This document shows, in pieces, positions 29,818-39,711 of a stretch of DNA of 43,407 nucleotides. Made by a program: the position numbers and the translations under genes. The DNA is from Fimbriimonadales bacterium (GTDB lineage: Bacteria; Armatimonadota; Fimbriimonadia; Fimbriimonadales; ATM1): assembly GCA_051003155.1 (NCBI GenBank), contig JBPCLO010000025.1, forward strand, positions 1-43,407. The letters are read 5' to 3'. The notes beneath the pieces are model-generated. The model made no database searches. It was not told where the DNA came from and saw only the letters and a list, made by a program, of their open reading frames with translations. The stretch's first letter is position 1. Every line of letters starts with the position of its first letter.

Positions 29818-30063
29818 TTACCGGGGGCCATTCCAATGGCTCGGCGGGGCAAGCCTTTTCGCAGCTTCCGAGGACGCAAACACTTTCCAAAAGAAGATTA
29901 AGAAAACGAGCGCAAGAACCGACAATATAATGACTGCAACGAACCATCGCCTTGCGGCAACCGCCGCCTTCCGGTTTAGAGAGACTACCGTGCCGGCGAC
30001 CAAACCGAGCATCGAGATCGCCACAAGCACGTTCCACGCAGTTTCCGTAAAGATTGCCGCCAT
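29818..30063 (-). CDS. Small two-TM membrane protein
   Basis: Two hydrophobic stretches in an ~81-aa ORF. Confidence 0.45.
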   Translation of the reverse strand: MAAIFTETAWNVLVAISMLGLVAGTVVSLNRKAAVAARRWFVAVIILSVLALVFLIFFWKVFASSEAAKRLAPPSHWNGPR

Positions 30064-30451
30064 TTGCCGTACCTTCATATTGAAGCAGTTCGAACATCAA
30101 AAGTTTTGCGTCGGGCGTTAACCAAACTGTTTTTCCATCTGTCCTCCAGTTTCCATCGACGTGGCCAGGAAGTATTGTAAAGCGTCTTTCGTCAAGAACG
30201 ATCGTCGGGGGATTGATAAGAGAATCTGGCGGCATTGGGACCCTAAGTTTGGACTTATCGGCATCGAAAACCCACTTCCCACGAACATCGTCGGCGACGT
30301 TTCGGCAGCCGTGCGCAAATAGCGTGACGCACAACACCGCAGCAATTGCGCACCCGTGCGATGCCCGAAGAGATCGAGCGGAAACAGGTGGAGCAGGACC
30401 AATCCCGGCGAGAACAGCCGCTGGTCGGCCCGACTGAAATTCGTCAAGCAT
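30064..30451 (-). pseudogene. Truncated lipocalin-like lipoprotein
   Basis: Lipobox FAHGC, VRGKWVFD, GNWRTDG; lipocalin-like character ends near 30080 and the frame then runs on over the next gene. Confidence 0.45.
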
Positions 30452-30857
30452 ATCGAGCCACGACCGCATTCGCTGAGATTCTGGCAATCAAGCCAATCGC
30501 AACGCAGACCAAGATCATTACGACCATATCCAGGGGGTTGCCATTTAACAGCGCTATGATGAATGGGCGGGGGAAAGGAATCATCGCGAACAAAACTCCG
30601 TACCAATAGGGCTTCACAAGTACCAGCACTGAACCAAGGATCAACCCGAGGGCCGCACCAGCAATCGCATAGGGCAAAGCCCTTTCCAGTGAGTTGCCGG
30701 TTGACGGCGCCATCATCCCGCCGTCATACAAGCTGGCGGAGGCCGCACCGAGAACGATGAGAAAAGCTGCCGGTGCGCTGAATGCGGACGCCAAAAGACT
30801 TGCCAATACGAAAACACGGGGCTGTGGATGCTTCACCATTTCATGCCGCCCGGTCAC
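30444..30857 (-). CDS. Membrane protein
   Basis: 137-aa highly hydrophobic ORF with GTGA overlap to the upstream stop. Confidence 0.6.
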   Translation of the reverse strand: MTGRHEMVKHPQPRVFVLASLLASAFSAPAAFLIVLGAASASLYDGGMMAPSTGNSLERALPYAIAGAALGLILGSVLVLVKPYWYGVLFAMIPFPRPFIIALLNGNPLDMVVMILVCVAIGLIARISANAVVARYA

Positions 30858-31110
30858 TTGGACGACCTAACCTCCTTTGACGCATTATCGACGATGAACT
30901 TTGCGACCGCAAGGAGTTCATTGGAGTCAAGGTCCTGCGATGCCATCTCTACCTCGCCAAGTAAACGTAAGTACGCCCATTGCCAATGCGCAAAAGTCCC
31001 GCAATCCGAGGACAGGTCATGTCTTCACATTGTGACCGGTTCGCCTAAACAGCGAGGTGATTCAACCTCGTAGACCTGGGGGCCCGGCGTCACCATCATC
31101 GTAACAAAAA
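30854..31110 (-). pseudogene. 3' tail of a paralog of the 34879-35436 lipoprotein
   Basis: LLGEVEMASQDLDSNELLAVAKFIVDNAS vs QLGEVEIASETLSMSELVNVAEMIINNAS. Confidence 0.65.
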
Positions 31111-31216
31111 CGGCGGCCGGGTGGGCGTGACCTTCCAGTTACCTCAACTATGGGTGGCACGGACACGCGACTCCTTGCTTCCAGTCATGAATAACTCCCA
31201 GTCAGCGTGTCCGTGA
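31111..31216 (+). repeat. REP-like element copy D
   Basis: Stem cacggacacgc 31158-31168 / gcgtgtccgtg 31205-31215; two gggtgg 33 nt apart. Confidence 0.85.
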
Positions 31217-31253
31217 ACGACGTCCTTCGCCGGAGCGCAAGTAGAATCGGCTC

Positions 31254-31456
31254 GTGGCAGAGAAGCGTAAACGGCGCGTCGCGTATGCCGAGGCTGGCCA
31301 CGCGCATGAACTGACGTTTTCTTGCTACCGCGGTCTGCCCCTGCTCGAAAACGACGCATTCAACGGCTTTTCCTAAAGTCCCTCGATAAGGCGCGAAAGC
31401 GGCATGGGTTTATGGTTTGGGCATACGTGATCATGGCGAACCATGTCAATGTGCTC
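31254..31456 (+). pseudogene. REP-associated tyrosine transposase (RAYT/TnpA-REP, Y1 HUH) 5' fragment
   Basis: GHAHELTFSCYRGLPLL.../LDKARKRHGFMVWAYVIMANHVNVL. One A is lost relative to copy 2 (frameshift) and the HUH motif reads HVN. Confidence 0.85.
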
Positions 31457-31514
31457 GGCCACCCGCCGCACGCTGGGTTCGGGACTACGCGTAGACAGGT
31501 CCTCGCCATGACGG

Positions 31515-31970
31515 TCAACCTTTCGAATTTCTTTTGCGCAAGGAGCCAAATAGTTCCCCATAGTTATCTCGAGAAACCTTGTCGATATTCCGAACGATAA
31601 GGGGACTGGTCAAGACAGCTCGAAACATTCCGAGTTGCGCCCTTGGGACGGGTTCTTCTTGATAGAACTTATGAAGGAAGTTTAGGAGTTGCAGAGCCAT
31701 GACATCGGTTATTCCTTTAGTCGCCCTCTCAACCGCGGAGACAGCCATGACTACTCTGCGCAACCCCGAGTGATTGTGCTTGCGTGCCTCAATCTCGAGC
31801 AAGCAGGTCGCGTAAGCCATTGCGGTAATCAGGCTTTTGCGGCTTCGCTTCCGAACTATTCGTTCGAACATTTCTAGCGCGCCCATTTCCCGGGTTAATG
31901 TACGAGCCAACTCGATCTCGTCGGCAAGAATCGCTCGAGACACTCGCTCAACCTCTTCAAAAGTGATCAT
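31515..31970 (-). CDS. Hypothetical alpha-helical protein (possible immunity protein)
   Basis: 151-aa ORF directly after a Cys-rich gene tail. Confidence 0.55.
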   Translation of the reverse strand: MITFEEVERVSRAILADEIELARTLTREMGALEMFERIVRKRSRKSLITAMAYATCLLEIEARKHNHSGLRRVVMAVSAVERATKGITDVMALQLLNFLHKFYQEEPVPRAQLGMFRAVLTSPLIVRNIDKVSRDNYGELFGSLRKRNSKG

Positions 31971-31998
31971 TCATTCAACTCAGAACAAAAACAAGATT

Positions 31999-32217
31999 CT
32001 AAAGCTTTGGTCGACTCCAATAATCGCAATCGCTGTCGCTAGGCCAAGTTCCATCCATATCCAGGCATCGCCAATAGCAGACAAGGCACAGGTTTGTCCA
32101 TGAGGGGTACCCGGGCGGCAGTTTCCGGTCGTTGCATTGGTCAAGGCCGTCTTTGCAGTCTGTTATTGGTGACCTGGATGTTCGTGGCACTCCACGCTTT
32201 GGCTTACCGTTCTTATT
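31999..32217 (-). pseudogene. 5'-truncated Cys-rich gene tail
   Basis: Open frame from the REP junction: ...DCKDGLDQC...CLVCYWRCLDMDGTWPSDSDCDYW. Confidence 0.5.
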
Positions 32218-32322
32218 CGGCGGCCGGGTGGGCGTGACCTTCCAGTTACCTCAACTATGGGTGGCACGGACACGCGACCCTTGCTTCCAATCATGAATAA
32301 CTCACAATCAGCGCGTCCGTGA
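32218..32322 (+). repeat. REP-like element copy E
   Basis: Near-identical to copy D. Confidence 0.85.
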
Positions 32323-33244
32323 ACGACGTCCTTCGCCGGAGCGCAAGTAGAATCGGCTCGTGGCGGAGAAGCGCAAACAGCGGCTGGCATATGCCGAGGC
32401 AGGTCACGCGCATGAACTGACGTTTTCTTGCTACCGCGGTCTGCCCCTGCTCGAAAACGACGCATTCAAACGGCTCCACGAGGCTCACCTCTTTTTCGAG
32501 GATGCGGATTGCTTCATCGAGCTCCTGCAAGAAGCGCGGTAACACGCCCTGGGCAGAACCCGGTTTTTTGAGTTCGCTTTGCGCAGTAGCTCGGAGAGCG
32601 ATAAACAGATCACGCGCAGGTCCTTCCGGCTTGTCCTTACATTGCATGAACGTCTTCAATAGCTTGCTTCGAGCGTTGACGGCTCCGGGTGACCAATTGG
32701 CGTCAGGCATTCTCAGTTTAACGAGGATGACCTCGGAGGCGAGCACCTCGTCTATCCGTTTCAGCGAATCGGCCGCCACGCTGCCTTCTGCTGAGAATTT
32801 TCCGCGGACAAGACGCACTAGCAATGGTTTGGCGCTATTACTCCCAATTTCACCCAGAGCTTTTATGCAACGCACCCTGACTATGAAGACCTCCGCGTCT
32901 ATTGCGCCTTCCTTGAGGGCTTCTATTGCGGCGTCGGTGCCTAACATGCCCAGAACGTATGCCGCCTCCCATGGAGCCATTGTTCCATGCAGCATCTCCC
33001 GCCTCAGATAAGGAACGGCATCATCGGCCATGGCAACGAGTTGGTGAGCTTTGTCCTCTTGCGACGCAGGATCCAACATGATCATGGCTCTCAACAAGCT
33101 CCGCGCCCTCTTATCAGCTTCGGTTTGCTGGATGAAGGGCGAAGGAAGAGCAACTCCTCTCTCTGAAGGGATCGGCCGGACCTCGGAGCGAACGAGCCCG
33201 TTCAGGCCCATTAGAACGACGAAACAAGCGGTCACACGAATCAC
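32291..33244 (-). CDS. HEAT-repeat (PBS lyase-like) secreted protein; native 3' end apparently lost near 32476
   Basis: AGGAGG RBS; AVPYL, AAYVLGMLG..AIEAL, VRVRCIKALGEIG; the frame runs on antisense through the RAYT remnant. Confidence 0.7.
   Translation of the reverse strand: MIRVTACFVVLMGLNGLVRSEVRPIPSERGVALPSPFIQQTEADKRARSLLRAMIMLDPASQEDKAHQLVAMADDAVPYLRREMLHGTMAPWEAAYVLGMLGTDAAIEALKEGAIDAEVFIVRVRCIKALGEIGSNSAKPLLVRLVRGKFSAEGSVAADSLKRIDEVLASEVILVKLRMPDANWSPGAVNARSKLLKTFMQCKDKPEGPARDLFIALRATAQSELKKPGSAQGVLPRFLQELDEAIRILEKEVSLVEPFECVVFEQGQTAVARKRQFMRVTCLGICQPLFALLRHEPILLALRRRTSFTDALIVSYS
32360..32475 (+). pseudogene. Second RAYT 5' fragment
   Basis: MAEKRKQRLAYAEAGHAHELTFSCYRGLPLLENDAFKRL, then unrelated sequence. 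Confidence 0.8.
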
Positions 33245-33459
33245 GGCTACCTCCTATCTGGCTCGACGATAACGCCAAGCAGGCTTTACACTTGCCGATT
33301 CTGAGCGAAAGCTGCAATTGGCTGCATATGAAACACCTAAAAGAATGGCGCAGGCAGAGAGATGCTTGCCCCTGCGCCGGTGCCATTGACAGCTGGGAGA
33401 GGTATGGAACGATAAAAAAGCGAACTAGCTTCCACAAGCTACGGTCTCAAAGTACGAGT

Positions 33460-33789
33460 TTACTCTTCTGCTGCTCGTCTCCTCACTATGTAAATTGATA
33501 GCGCGATGCCACACGCAACTAGCAGAATGCATAACATTTTCACCCATGCGAGGTCCGCGCGCCAGATACCTATAAATGGGATGAGCGTAAAAAACAGTAG
33601 TAAATATGCATCCACATATTTTGGCGCCGCGACGTACAATCCAAGGCCCGCCAAAAGGTACCCCTCAAACATAAGACCAGCCGCTTTGCCAGCTATCAAG
33701 TGACCAACCGCGACAGCCATGAGGGACATCCCGACCAATGCAAGCGGAAGTCCAACGGTCCATTTGGAAATACGACAAAGTTTCTTCAT
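33460..33789 (-). CDS. Small membrane protein
   Basis: 109 aa, four hydrophobic segments. Confidence 0.6.
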   Translation of the reverse strand: MKKLCRISKWTVGLPLALVGMSLMAVAVGHLIAGKAAGLMFEGYLLAGLGLYVAAPKYVDAYLLLFFTLIPFIGIWRADLAWVKMLCILLVACGIALSIYIVRRRAAEE

Positions 33790-33844
33790 AACAGCTACTA
33801 CATCTTAGGCACGCCGCCGCCAAATTCCCCGCATGCCCAACATT

Positions 33845-34768
33845 TCATCCCCGCCGCTTTGAACCGCCAAAAGCCCACATTGATAGCCACTCATTAGAGT
33901 GCTTGCGGACAGGCATCGTAATCGAGTATATCGTGACGAGGCCGTTGCCTGTGGAGTAAACGTAAGCAGACTTGCTCTGCTGCAATACGAAGCCGGTTAC
34001 TTGAATCGTCGTCTCGGCGACCACGCGCCGATTCGACACATCTACAATCCGGACTTTGCTGGTCGCAACGCTTCGTTCAAGCAGCAGCAATTGATTCCTG
34101 CGCAAGATGTGATCAAAAGTGTAGTAATCGGAGCCAGCGGCATCCCAGGGTGGATCTTCAAGTCCCTTGATTTTGACGATGTGAGTGTAGAAAAGGTCAT
34201 ACAAGATAAGCGAATCTGGGCTGGAGACAACTATCGGATCCACGTGCCCTCCGAGGTCATATGTAATTTGGAGTTGGCGGACCTTCAAAGTGCTCAAATC
34301 CAACATAAATAAAGGCCACGTGTGAAGCTTCTCAGGCTTTGGCCGAAATCCGAGGGCGTACCTGAGGCCTGCATCCAGATAGCTCCACTCGATGCTTGAT
34401 CGAGTTAGTCTTTTTCGTGAGACGGTCCTCCCCTTCTCGTTGACTTGGAGGAGATCATTCGCCACTAAGCAATATAACTTGTCCTTCTTGTATATGGCAT
34501 CAGCGCATTGCCGTCGCCAAACGATGGCATTGTCAGACAGTCGGCGAGCAACTAGTCCCTTTGAGACCAGGTCGTATCTGAAGCCCCTTAATTCCTGAAG
34601 TCCAATGAACTTCGACGGCTCGTCAAGCGTTTTGATTAAAGTGAAGGACTTTCCCTCATGTCTAGCTACGACCGCTGCTATTCCACCCTTGAATGGTAAG
34701 CGCGCTACCTCGTTTAGCGCTGGCCCTCCCGCAGTTTGCATGGCAATCGCGACGACTAATCCGAGCAT
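33845..34768 (-). CDS. Hypothetical secreted beta-rich protein
   Basis: Signal-like MLGLVVAIAMQ, ~307-aa ORF. Confidence 0.6.
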   Translation of the reverse strand: MLGLVVAIAMQTAGGPALNEVARLPFKGGIAAVVARHEGKSFTLIKTLDEPSKFIGLQELRGFRYDLVSKGLVARRLSDNAIVWRRQCADAIYKKDKLYCLVANDLLQVNEKGRTVSRKRLTRSSIEWSYLDAGLRYALGFRPKPEKLHTWPLFMLDLSTLKVRQLQITYDLGGHVDPIVVSSPDSLILYDLFYTHIVKIKGLEDPPWDAAGSDYYTFDHILRRNQLLLLERSVATSKVRIVDVSNRRVVAETTIQVTGFVLQQSKSAYVYSTGNGLVTIYSITMPVRKHSNEWLSMWAFGGSKRRG

Positions 34769-34878
34769 AATTTGCCAGTAAATGAAAGTGGCCCGGTTAC
34801 GACTGCGTGGGCCACAACCTAAGTACCTGCCCGCCGTTCGCATCGCAACAATAACCCAGAGCGAAAAAGGATCGTCAT

Positions 34879-35436
34879 CTACTGTGTTGGATCACCGTTA
34901 CTACTTGCGTTGTTAATAATCATCTCCGCGACGTTCACGAGTTCAGACATTGAGAGCGTTTCCGAGGCAATCTCCACTTCGCCGAGCTGCGGCTGTTCCC
35001 ACCACACCATGGACCATGGAGAAAGCCCCTCTGACTTGTCTAGCCCGCGCAGCTGAATTTGCAGATGGGTCGCAATAGGTTCGGTTCGATGTTCCGGAGC
35101 GCTTTGATTCTGCGGAGAGTACTCATGTTGGACTATGCGATACAACGCTCTGGAAGGCATCCTATAAGTGATTCGCGCACTACGTAAAGACGGTCTGTAC
35201 TCAACGGCGAGTTCTTTGCCCGGCCCCTCAGCCAAACTGAATGCTATGCCCAACTCGCTAAAGCTTTCCCTCTGAACGTTCTTGAGAGCTTCTGATGCGT
35301 CTGAGGGCGGGTACCAGGGATCAAAATCCAAAGCTTGAGGCTGGTTCGCGCCATGTGATCCTCCTTGCCCACAGGCAACGACCAGACATAAGATACAAAA
35401 GGGTATCAGAAAACAGACCTCTTTCACAGGAAGCAC
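34879..35436 (-). CDS. Lipoprotein with a DUF4367-like C-terminus
   Basis: Lipobox LVVAC; W...GEVEIASETLSMSELVNVAEMI. Confidence 0.6.
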   Translation of the reverse strand: MLPVKEVCFLIPFCILCLVVACGQGGSHGANQPQALDFDPWYPPSDASEALKNVQRESFSELGIAFSLAEGPGKELAVEYRPSLRSARITYRMPSRALYRIVQHEYSPQNQSAPEHRTEPIATHLQIQLRGLDKSEGLSPWSMVWWEQPQLGEVEIASETLSMSELVNVAEMIINNASSNGDPTQ

Positions 35437-35772
35437 CTCAATCGTTCTCGCAATATATTAGCCAATTGCTTCGAGTGTGATTGTAACTCCACAAACGATA
35501 AAAGTCGCTCGCGCATATCTCATGGTGCACGGGCCGGGCAGTATTGGCTCGGGAAAAAGAACATCTGGCTTCCTTCCAATCGGTACCTTTTTATTGCCAG
35601 GTCAAACTCCTGCTGGCAGTGAAGGAATTGGTCTGCCCTCCGAAAATGAAGACGTCGAAAGAGTAGTCTTTCTCCCTTTGGACGAAGCAGTGAACCGATG
35701 ACCTGCGTCAGCTTCGCGCTCTTGAGCGTGAGAATGCGCAGCTACGTCGTAGAGTCGAGAACTGGCTTGTTT

Positions 35773-36228
35773 TCACTTCTTTACTGGTGCCGACCATACT
35801 TCTGCGCCGTTTTGATCACGAACAGATAATCTGAGCTGTCCGGACGCGTCGGGTGTAATTTGCGCCTTAGGACCTGATGGCGTTGATATTATCAGTCCCA
35901 AATTACTGATCGAACAGGCCCATTGTTCATCCGGGCTTGTGACGGTAATCGAGGACTCTAAATCATCGACGCAGATAGCCGACATTAGCGCTTTGCCACG
36001 TGAATCAAACATGGTCAGAGCCACCGAGTGACCGTCATTCTTCAAACTCAGGTCGGCTCGCACTCGGCCAGAGTCGTCGACCATTTGCAAAGACTTGCAG
36101 GTAAGAGTCTGTCCCAATTCGGATTTCGCTGAACAGCCGCTAATGACGATCCCGGCCGAAAGCACGGTCATGAGCGCTCCAGTAAGAAACGGAATAAGCC
36201 GCTTGTCTATCTTCGCGAAGGTCTTCAT
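35773..36228 (-). CDS. Hypothetical lipoprotein
   Basis: Lipobox VISGC; repeated D..G..R/L motifs (VDDSGRVRA, FDSRGK, RDQNG.EVW). Confidence 0.65.
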   Translation of the reverse strand: MKTFAKIDKRLIPFLTGALMTVLSAGIVISGCSAKSELGQTLTCKSLQMVDDSGRVRADLSLKNDGHSVALTMFDSRGKALMSAICVDDLESSITVTSPDEQWACSISNLGLIISTPSGPKAQITPDASGQLRLSVRDQNGAEVWSAPVKK

Positions 36229-36696
36229 ATCAGAAACGTCTCCGATGAAATTATTCAACTAGCTTGAGGCAATCGAGTAAACTTGATACTGTCAGGCTCC
36301 GGACCCTCTTCTTGTCTTCGCATGCGGTGCCAATAAGCAAAAATAGCGTTCCGATGCCCATGATTAATAGTCCGGCTATCGTTAAATGCCGCATATTCAT
36401 TTACAACAATCTTCGAGAATGCATACCAATCCTTCAAGCGAGTCATTTTGGCATTACTCGGCCGGACCGACACCACTTGTGAAGACACCTTAGGCGTAGG
36501 CTTCCTCCGGCATTGATTGTGACAGGGCTTGCACCCGTGTGTGCTAGCCCGGCCAGTTGACGGTATGATATCGAGGGATAGGTGTTGACAAGGATTCATG
36601 CCTGAAGGTTCGTTGAATTCGATCGCTGACGTAGAAGCCGAGGAGGTTCTGCTGTTGTGGCGGGACAGGAATCCGGCAGCTACGGGGTAAGAACGG

Positions 36697-37104
36697 ATGT
36701 GTTCGACGCAGAGATACATATTCATGTCGCTTCCACTAGGATTCCTGCTCGGATGTTCGTTGCTTGGATGCCAGCCCGAGCCGGAACCGGAACCCAATTG
36801 CCTGTACGGTATCTGGTTCAACGAAGGGAGCATCAACGGTTTATTGTTTAGCCCTGGCGGAACGGGCCATAGAATAACAGGCATGGGGCTGAACGGATTG
36901 CTGTTATGGAGCGCCCATGGCAATAGGCTGCGGATTCAAACACAGGACGAGGAGGGCGAGATTACGAGCACTCGCGAGTTCGAATGGGTCGTCAGTCACG
37001 ACTGGAGTGAGCTACGCGTGCTGGGCCGGACAGAGCCCGGCCACGGCGAGGGTGCTGCCTGGAAGGCGTACCATCGAACACCATCAAATGAGAAAGACTT
37101 CTAG
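36697..37104 (+). CDS. Lipocalin-like lipoprotein
   Basis: Lipobox LLGC; LYGIW, FSPGGTG. Confidence 0.6.
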   Translation: MCSTQRYIFMSLPLGFLLGCSLLGCQPEPEPEPNCLYGIWFNEGSINGLLFSPGGTGHRITGMGLNGLLLWSAHGNRLRIQTQDEEGEITSTREFEWVVSHDWSELRVLGRTEPGHGEGAAWKAYHRTPSNEKDF

Positions 37105-37501
37105 GCGGGGTTTCGTCGCATCGACGGGCCTGCTCTTGCTTTTATCGCTATGCGCCTGCTGGAAGAGTGACCGTTCCTCGCCGGAGGACATTCGTGCCCC
37201 TTGGATGGGAGTGCACAAACGGTGGGCACAGGACCCGAGCTCTGCGGCAGCGGAAACAACCGTTGGATTTGTGCTTAGCGCTGATGGAACCGGATACACT
37301 CTTTCGCCCAACTTTGCATTTGAGCAGCGGTTTGACTGGTCCATTGCAAACAACACACTGGAACTCACATGGATAGACAGTACTGGCGCCAAGAAGATGG
37401 GTAAGGGTGCGTACAAAATGTCTTATCATGGAGCCATTCTAGTTCTCGTTCTCGACCCAGGCGTCCACCCGAACGGAACAACAGTATTTCGGCGAACATA
37501 G
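37088..37501 (+). CDS. Lipocalin-like lipoprotein
   Basis: Lipobox LCAC; LSADGTG, WSIANNTLEL; overlaps the previous gene. Confidence 0.6.
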   Translation: MRKTSRRGFVASTGLLLLLSLCACWKSDRSSPEDIRAPWMGVHKRWAQDPSSAAAETTVGFVLSADGTGYTLSPNFAFEQRFDWSIANNTLELTWIDSTGAKKMGKGAYKMSYHGAILVLVLDPGVHPNGTTVFRRT

Positions 37502-37627
37502 CACATTTGGAGGGCGCAGTATCGAAAAGAATTCCGAGCCTCAGGATAGTGTGTTAGCAAGCTCATAGGGGCGATAAGCCTGAAGAACAGGTCAGATAGA
37601 GACCCATCTAATGAATCTAAGAATACG

Positions 37628-38220
37628 ATGTCGTCATTAGCACTGTTGGCTTTTATGAACTTGTCCGCGGCTCCGGACCAGGTCCACCCGTCGGCAGTAC
37701 CATTTCCTCGATCGAGGTTGTAGTCGTGCTTATTCCGCTAAACCTACTTTCGCTTGGATCGCCGAGCACGGGAATTTACTTTAGCAACGGCAACAGGTTC
37801 CTTGTGCAGATTCGCCCGGTCAGCGTCGGCGATGACTGGGCAGAGGCTTACCTACGGCCATTGGCGAGTGATCGCCCTGAGAAGTTGGTCGGCATATGTT
37901 GGGCAAAATCTAAACTAGCTTGGTTTCGCCGCAAGGATGGGAGCGTTGTGCTCCTGATCGGAGGCTATCGGGCCGTTCAGGCATTTACAATAACCGGCAC
38001 GGGAAAGGTGTATGGTCACACCGAGCCGTGGTACTCGGACGCATTGATAGCTAAGTGCACGCGCCGAGGGGCAAGAATCATCTACTACGTTGAAGCCGAC
38101 TCTCCGGAGGCACTGGAGGCCGGCGTGAAGCCGCGGAACGGAACAAGTCATGTTCAGATTGCCTTTGACTGGTCTCCTTCGCGGATGAAGTGGGTGTCCA
38201 CGGTCCTCGGGTACCCATAG
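37628..38220 (+). pseudogene. Secreted protein, frameshifted after the signal peptide
   Basis: MSSLALLAFMNLSAA at 37628 is out of frame with ORF 37726-38220. Confidence 0.4.
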
Positions 38221-38411
38221 CCCATTCGCCCCCCGGAGCCTTAGTAAACTCTCGAGCGTGCCAAAGGCCTCTTCGACAAAGTATGGTACTAAGTGGGACC
38301 GGTCGCGGCGCGGATTCCGCCAGCACGGCCGTCTGTTGACAGCTTTGATATTCCACAATCAAGGGCCGTGCGACTTCTACTAGCTCTAAATTGGCAAAGT
38401 GTGCGAAGTTT

Positions 38412-39596
38412 GTGAAATGCCTTCCATTAATCGGTATGTGTGCGCTGCTCTTGATTTCATGTGGCCTGAAGGACGTGGTCATCGACTTGCGCACGGAAAT
38501 TCCCAAAGATAGTACTTGGCGTGGCGTTCCCGTGCTAACTCATCGCCACGGTAAGCGTGCAAACTCACACATACGAGTCCCCTTGCCACGAGACGCTTCG
38601 ATGGGATTGAGCCGTATCCGGTTATCGGGCGACTCAAGCATTGCAATTGCGATGGTGCCCAAGACAGCTTCGGATACGTCGTTTATGGCCTCGCGATACG
38701 AGAAGTTTAAGCAACTTGTCCACGATGGACCCTACAACACAACCTTGGTCCAGAAGGCGAGATCCGATAGATTCTCGGGCTACATGGAAACAGAAACGGA
38801 CTCCTTCCGCCGAGATGGAGATTTCGCTGCATACATATATCTCGATAATGACACATTGCTTGTGACCGGTCATTGGAATATGGATAAACCGGAGACGAAG
38901 GATTCCGTGTACCAAGCGATCAAAATGATTGTGACATCTATTACTTCCGCCAGCGTTACTGCCGATATTCAAAGTGACTCATATCGATTCACGCGAGGGG
39001 ACACGCACGTCTCAGTCGAAATCAGCGGAAGCTGGTCAGATATGATCTGCCTCGTGCAGTTGCGAGCACCACACGCCAGCTTTAGCCAACGGCTGAACGC
39101 TGGGCGCGAGCGGCGCTTTATCAACCGTTACGACTGGATTGGGCATCAATGGAGCAGGCCCGCGGTCGGCGTTATTTGGCTAAAGGGCGAGCCGATCATT
39201 TGGTGCCTGGTCGTCGCTGCTCAAGTCGGAGTGCACGAAGAAGCGCAAATCATACTGTGGCGCTGGGATGGCCGAGCGTGGACTCCACTTCCGGGTCCGA
39301 CACCGATTTTTTCGAACAGGGGGTCCTTCTTTGCCAAGGGCGATAGGCTTTTCGTCTGGGATTTCGATTACGACACCAATAGGGGTCACTGGGACTCCCA
39401 TCACTACATCCTGAGGGAATTTCGGGTGACCGGCAGCGCGATCTCGCAAGTGTCGTCAAAGAAGACGAAACGAAAGTATTCGCCTGAGGGCCCAGGAGGT
39501 TATCCCGTGCCTGAAATCGTTGCGAAGGAGAATGATCCGCTGAGGGAATTCGGGATGAGGTGGCAATGGTGGGGTCAGAAGGCGCCTTGGAAGTAG
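38412..39596 (+). CDS. Hypothetical lipoprotein, two apparently unrelated halves
   Basis: Lipobox LISC; ~395-aa ORF. Confidence 0.6.
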   Translation: MKCLPLIGMCALLLISCGLKDVVIDLRTEIPKDSTWRGVPVLTHRHGKRANSHIRVPLPRDASMGLSRIRLSGDSSIAIAMVPKTASDTSFMASRYEKFKQLVHDGPYNTTLVQKARSDRFSGYMETETDSFRRDGDFAAYIYLDNDTLLVTGHWNMDKPETKDSVYQAIKMIVTSITSASVTADIQSDSYRFTRGDTHVSVEISGSWSDMICLVQLRAPHASFSQRLNAGRERRFINRYDWIGHQWSRPAVGVIWLKGEPIIWCLVVAAQVGVHEEAQIILWRWDGRAWTPLPGPTPIFSNRGSFFAKGDRLFVWDFDYDTNRGHWDSHHYILREFRVTGSAISQVSSKKTKRKYSPEGPGGYPVPEIVAKENDPLREFGMRWQWWGQKAPWK

Positions 39597-39711
39597 GCAA
39601 ATATGCATTCTGGAACGAACGGCGTAAACAGGCGAGGGTGCCAACGCACTCGGTCCGCAATAGTGATCGGAATCCTATTCGTCACCTTTCGTAGTTTCGC
39701 GCAGTTCCCGG

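Noticed and set aside
22734..32322. Integron attC sites
   Set aside because: No RYYYAAC/GTTRRRY ends and no integrase; the repeats instead lead into RAYT sequence
32232..32409. gcgtgacct in the repeat complementary to aggtcacgc in RAYT codons (possible long-range regulation)
   Set aside because: Only 9 nt, and copy D has two mismatches; compatible with chance
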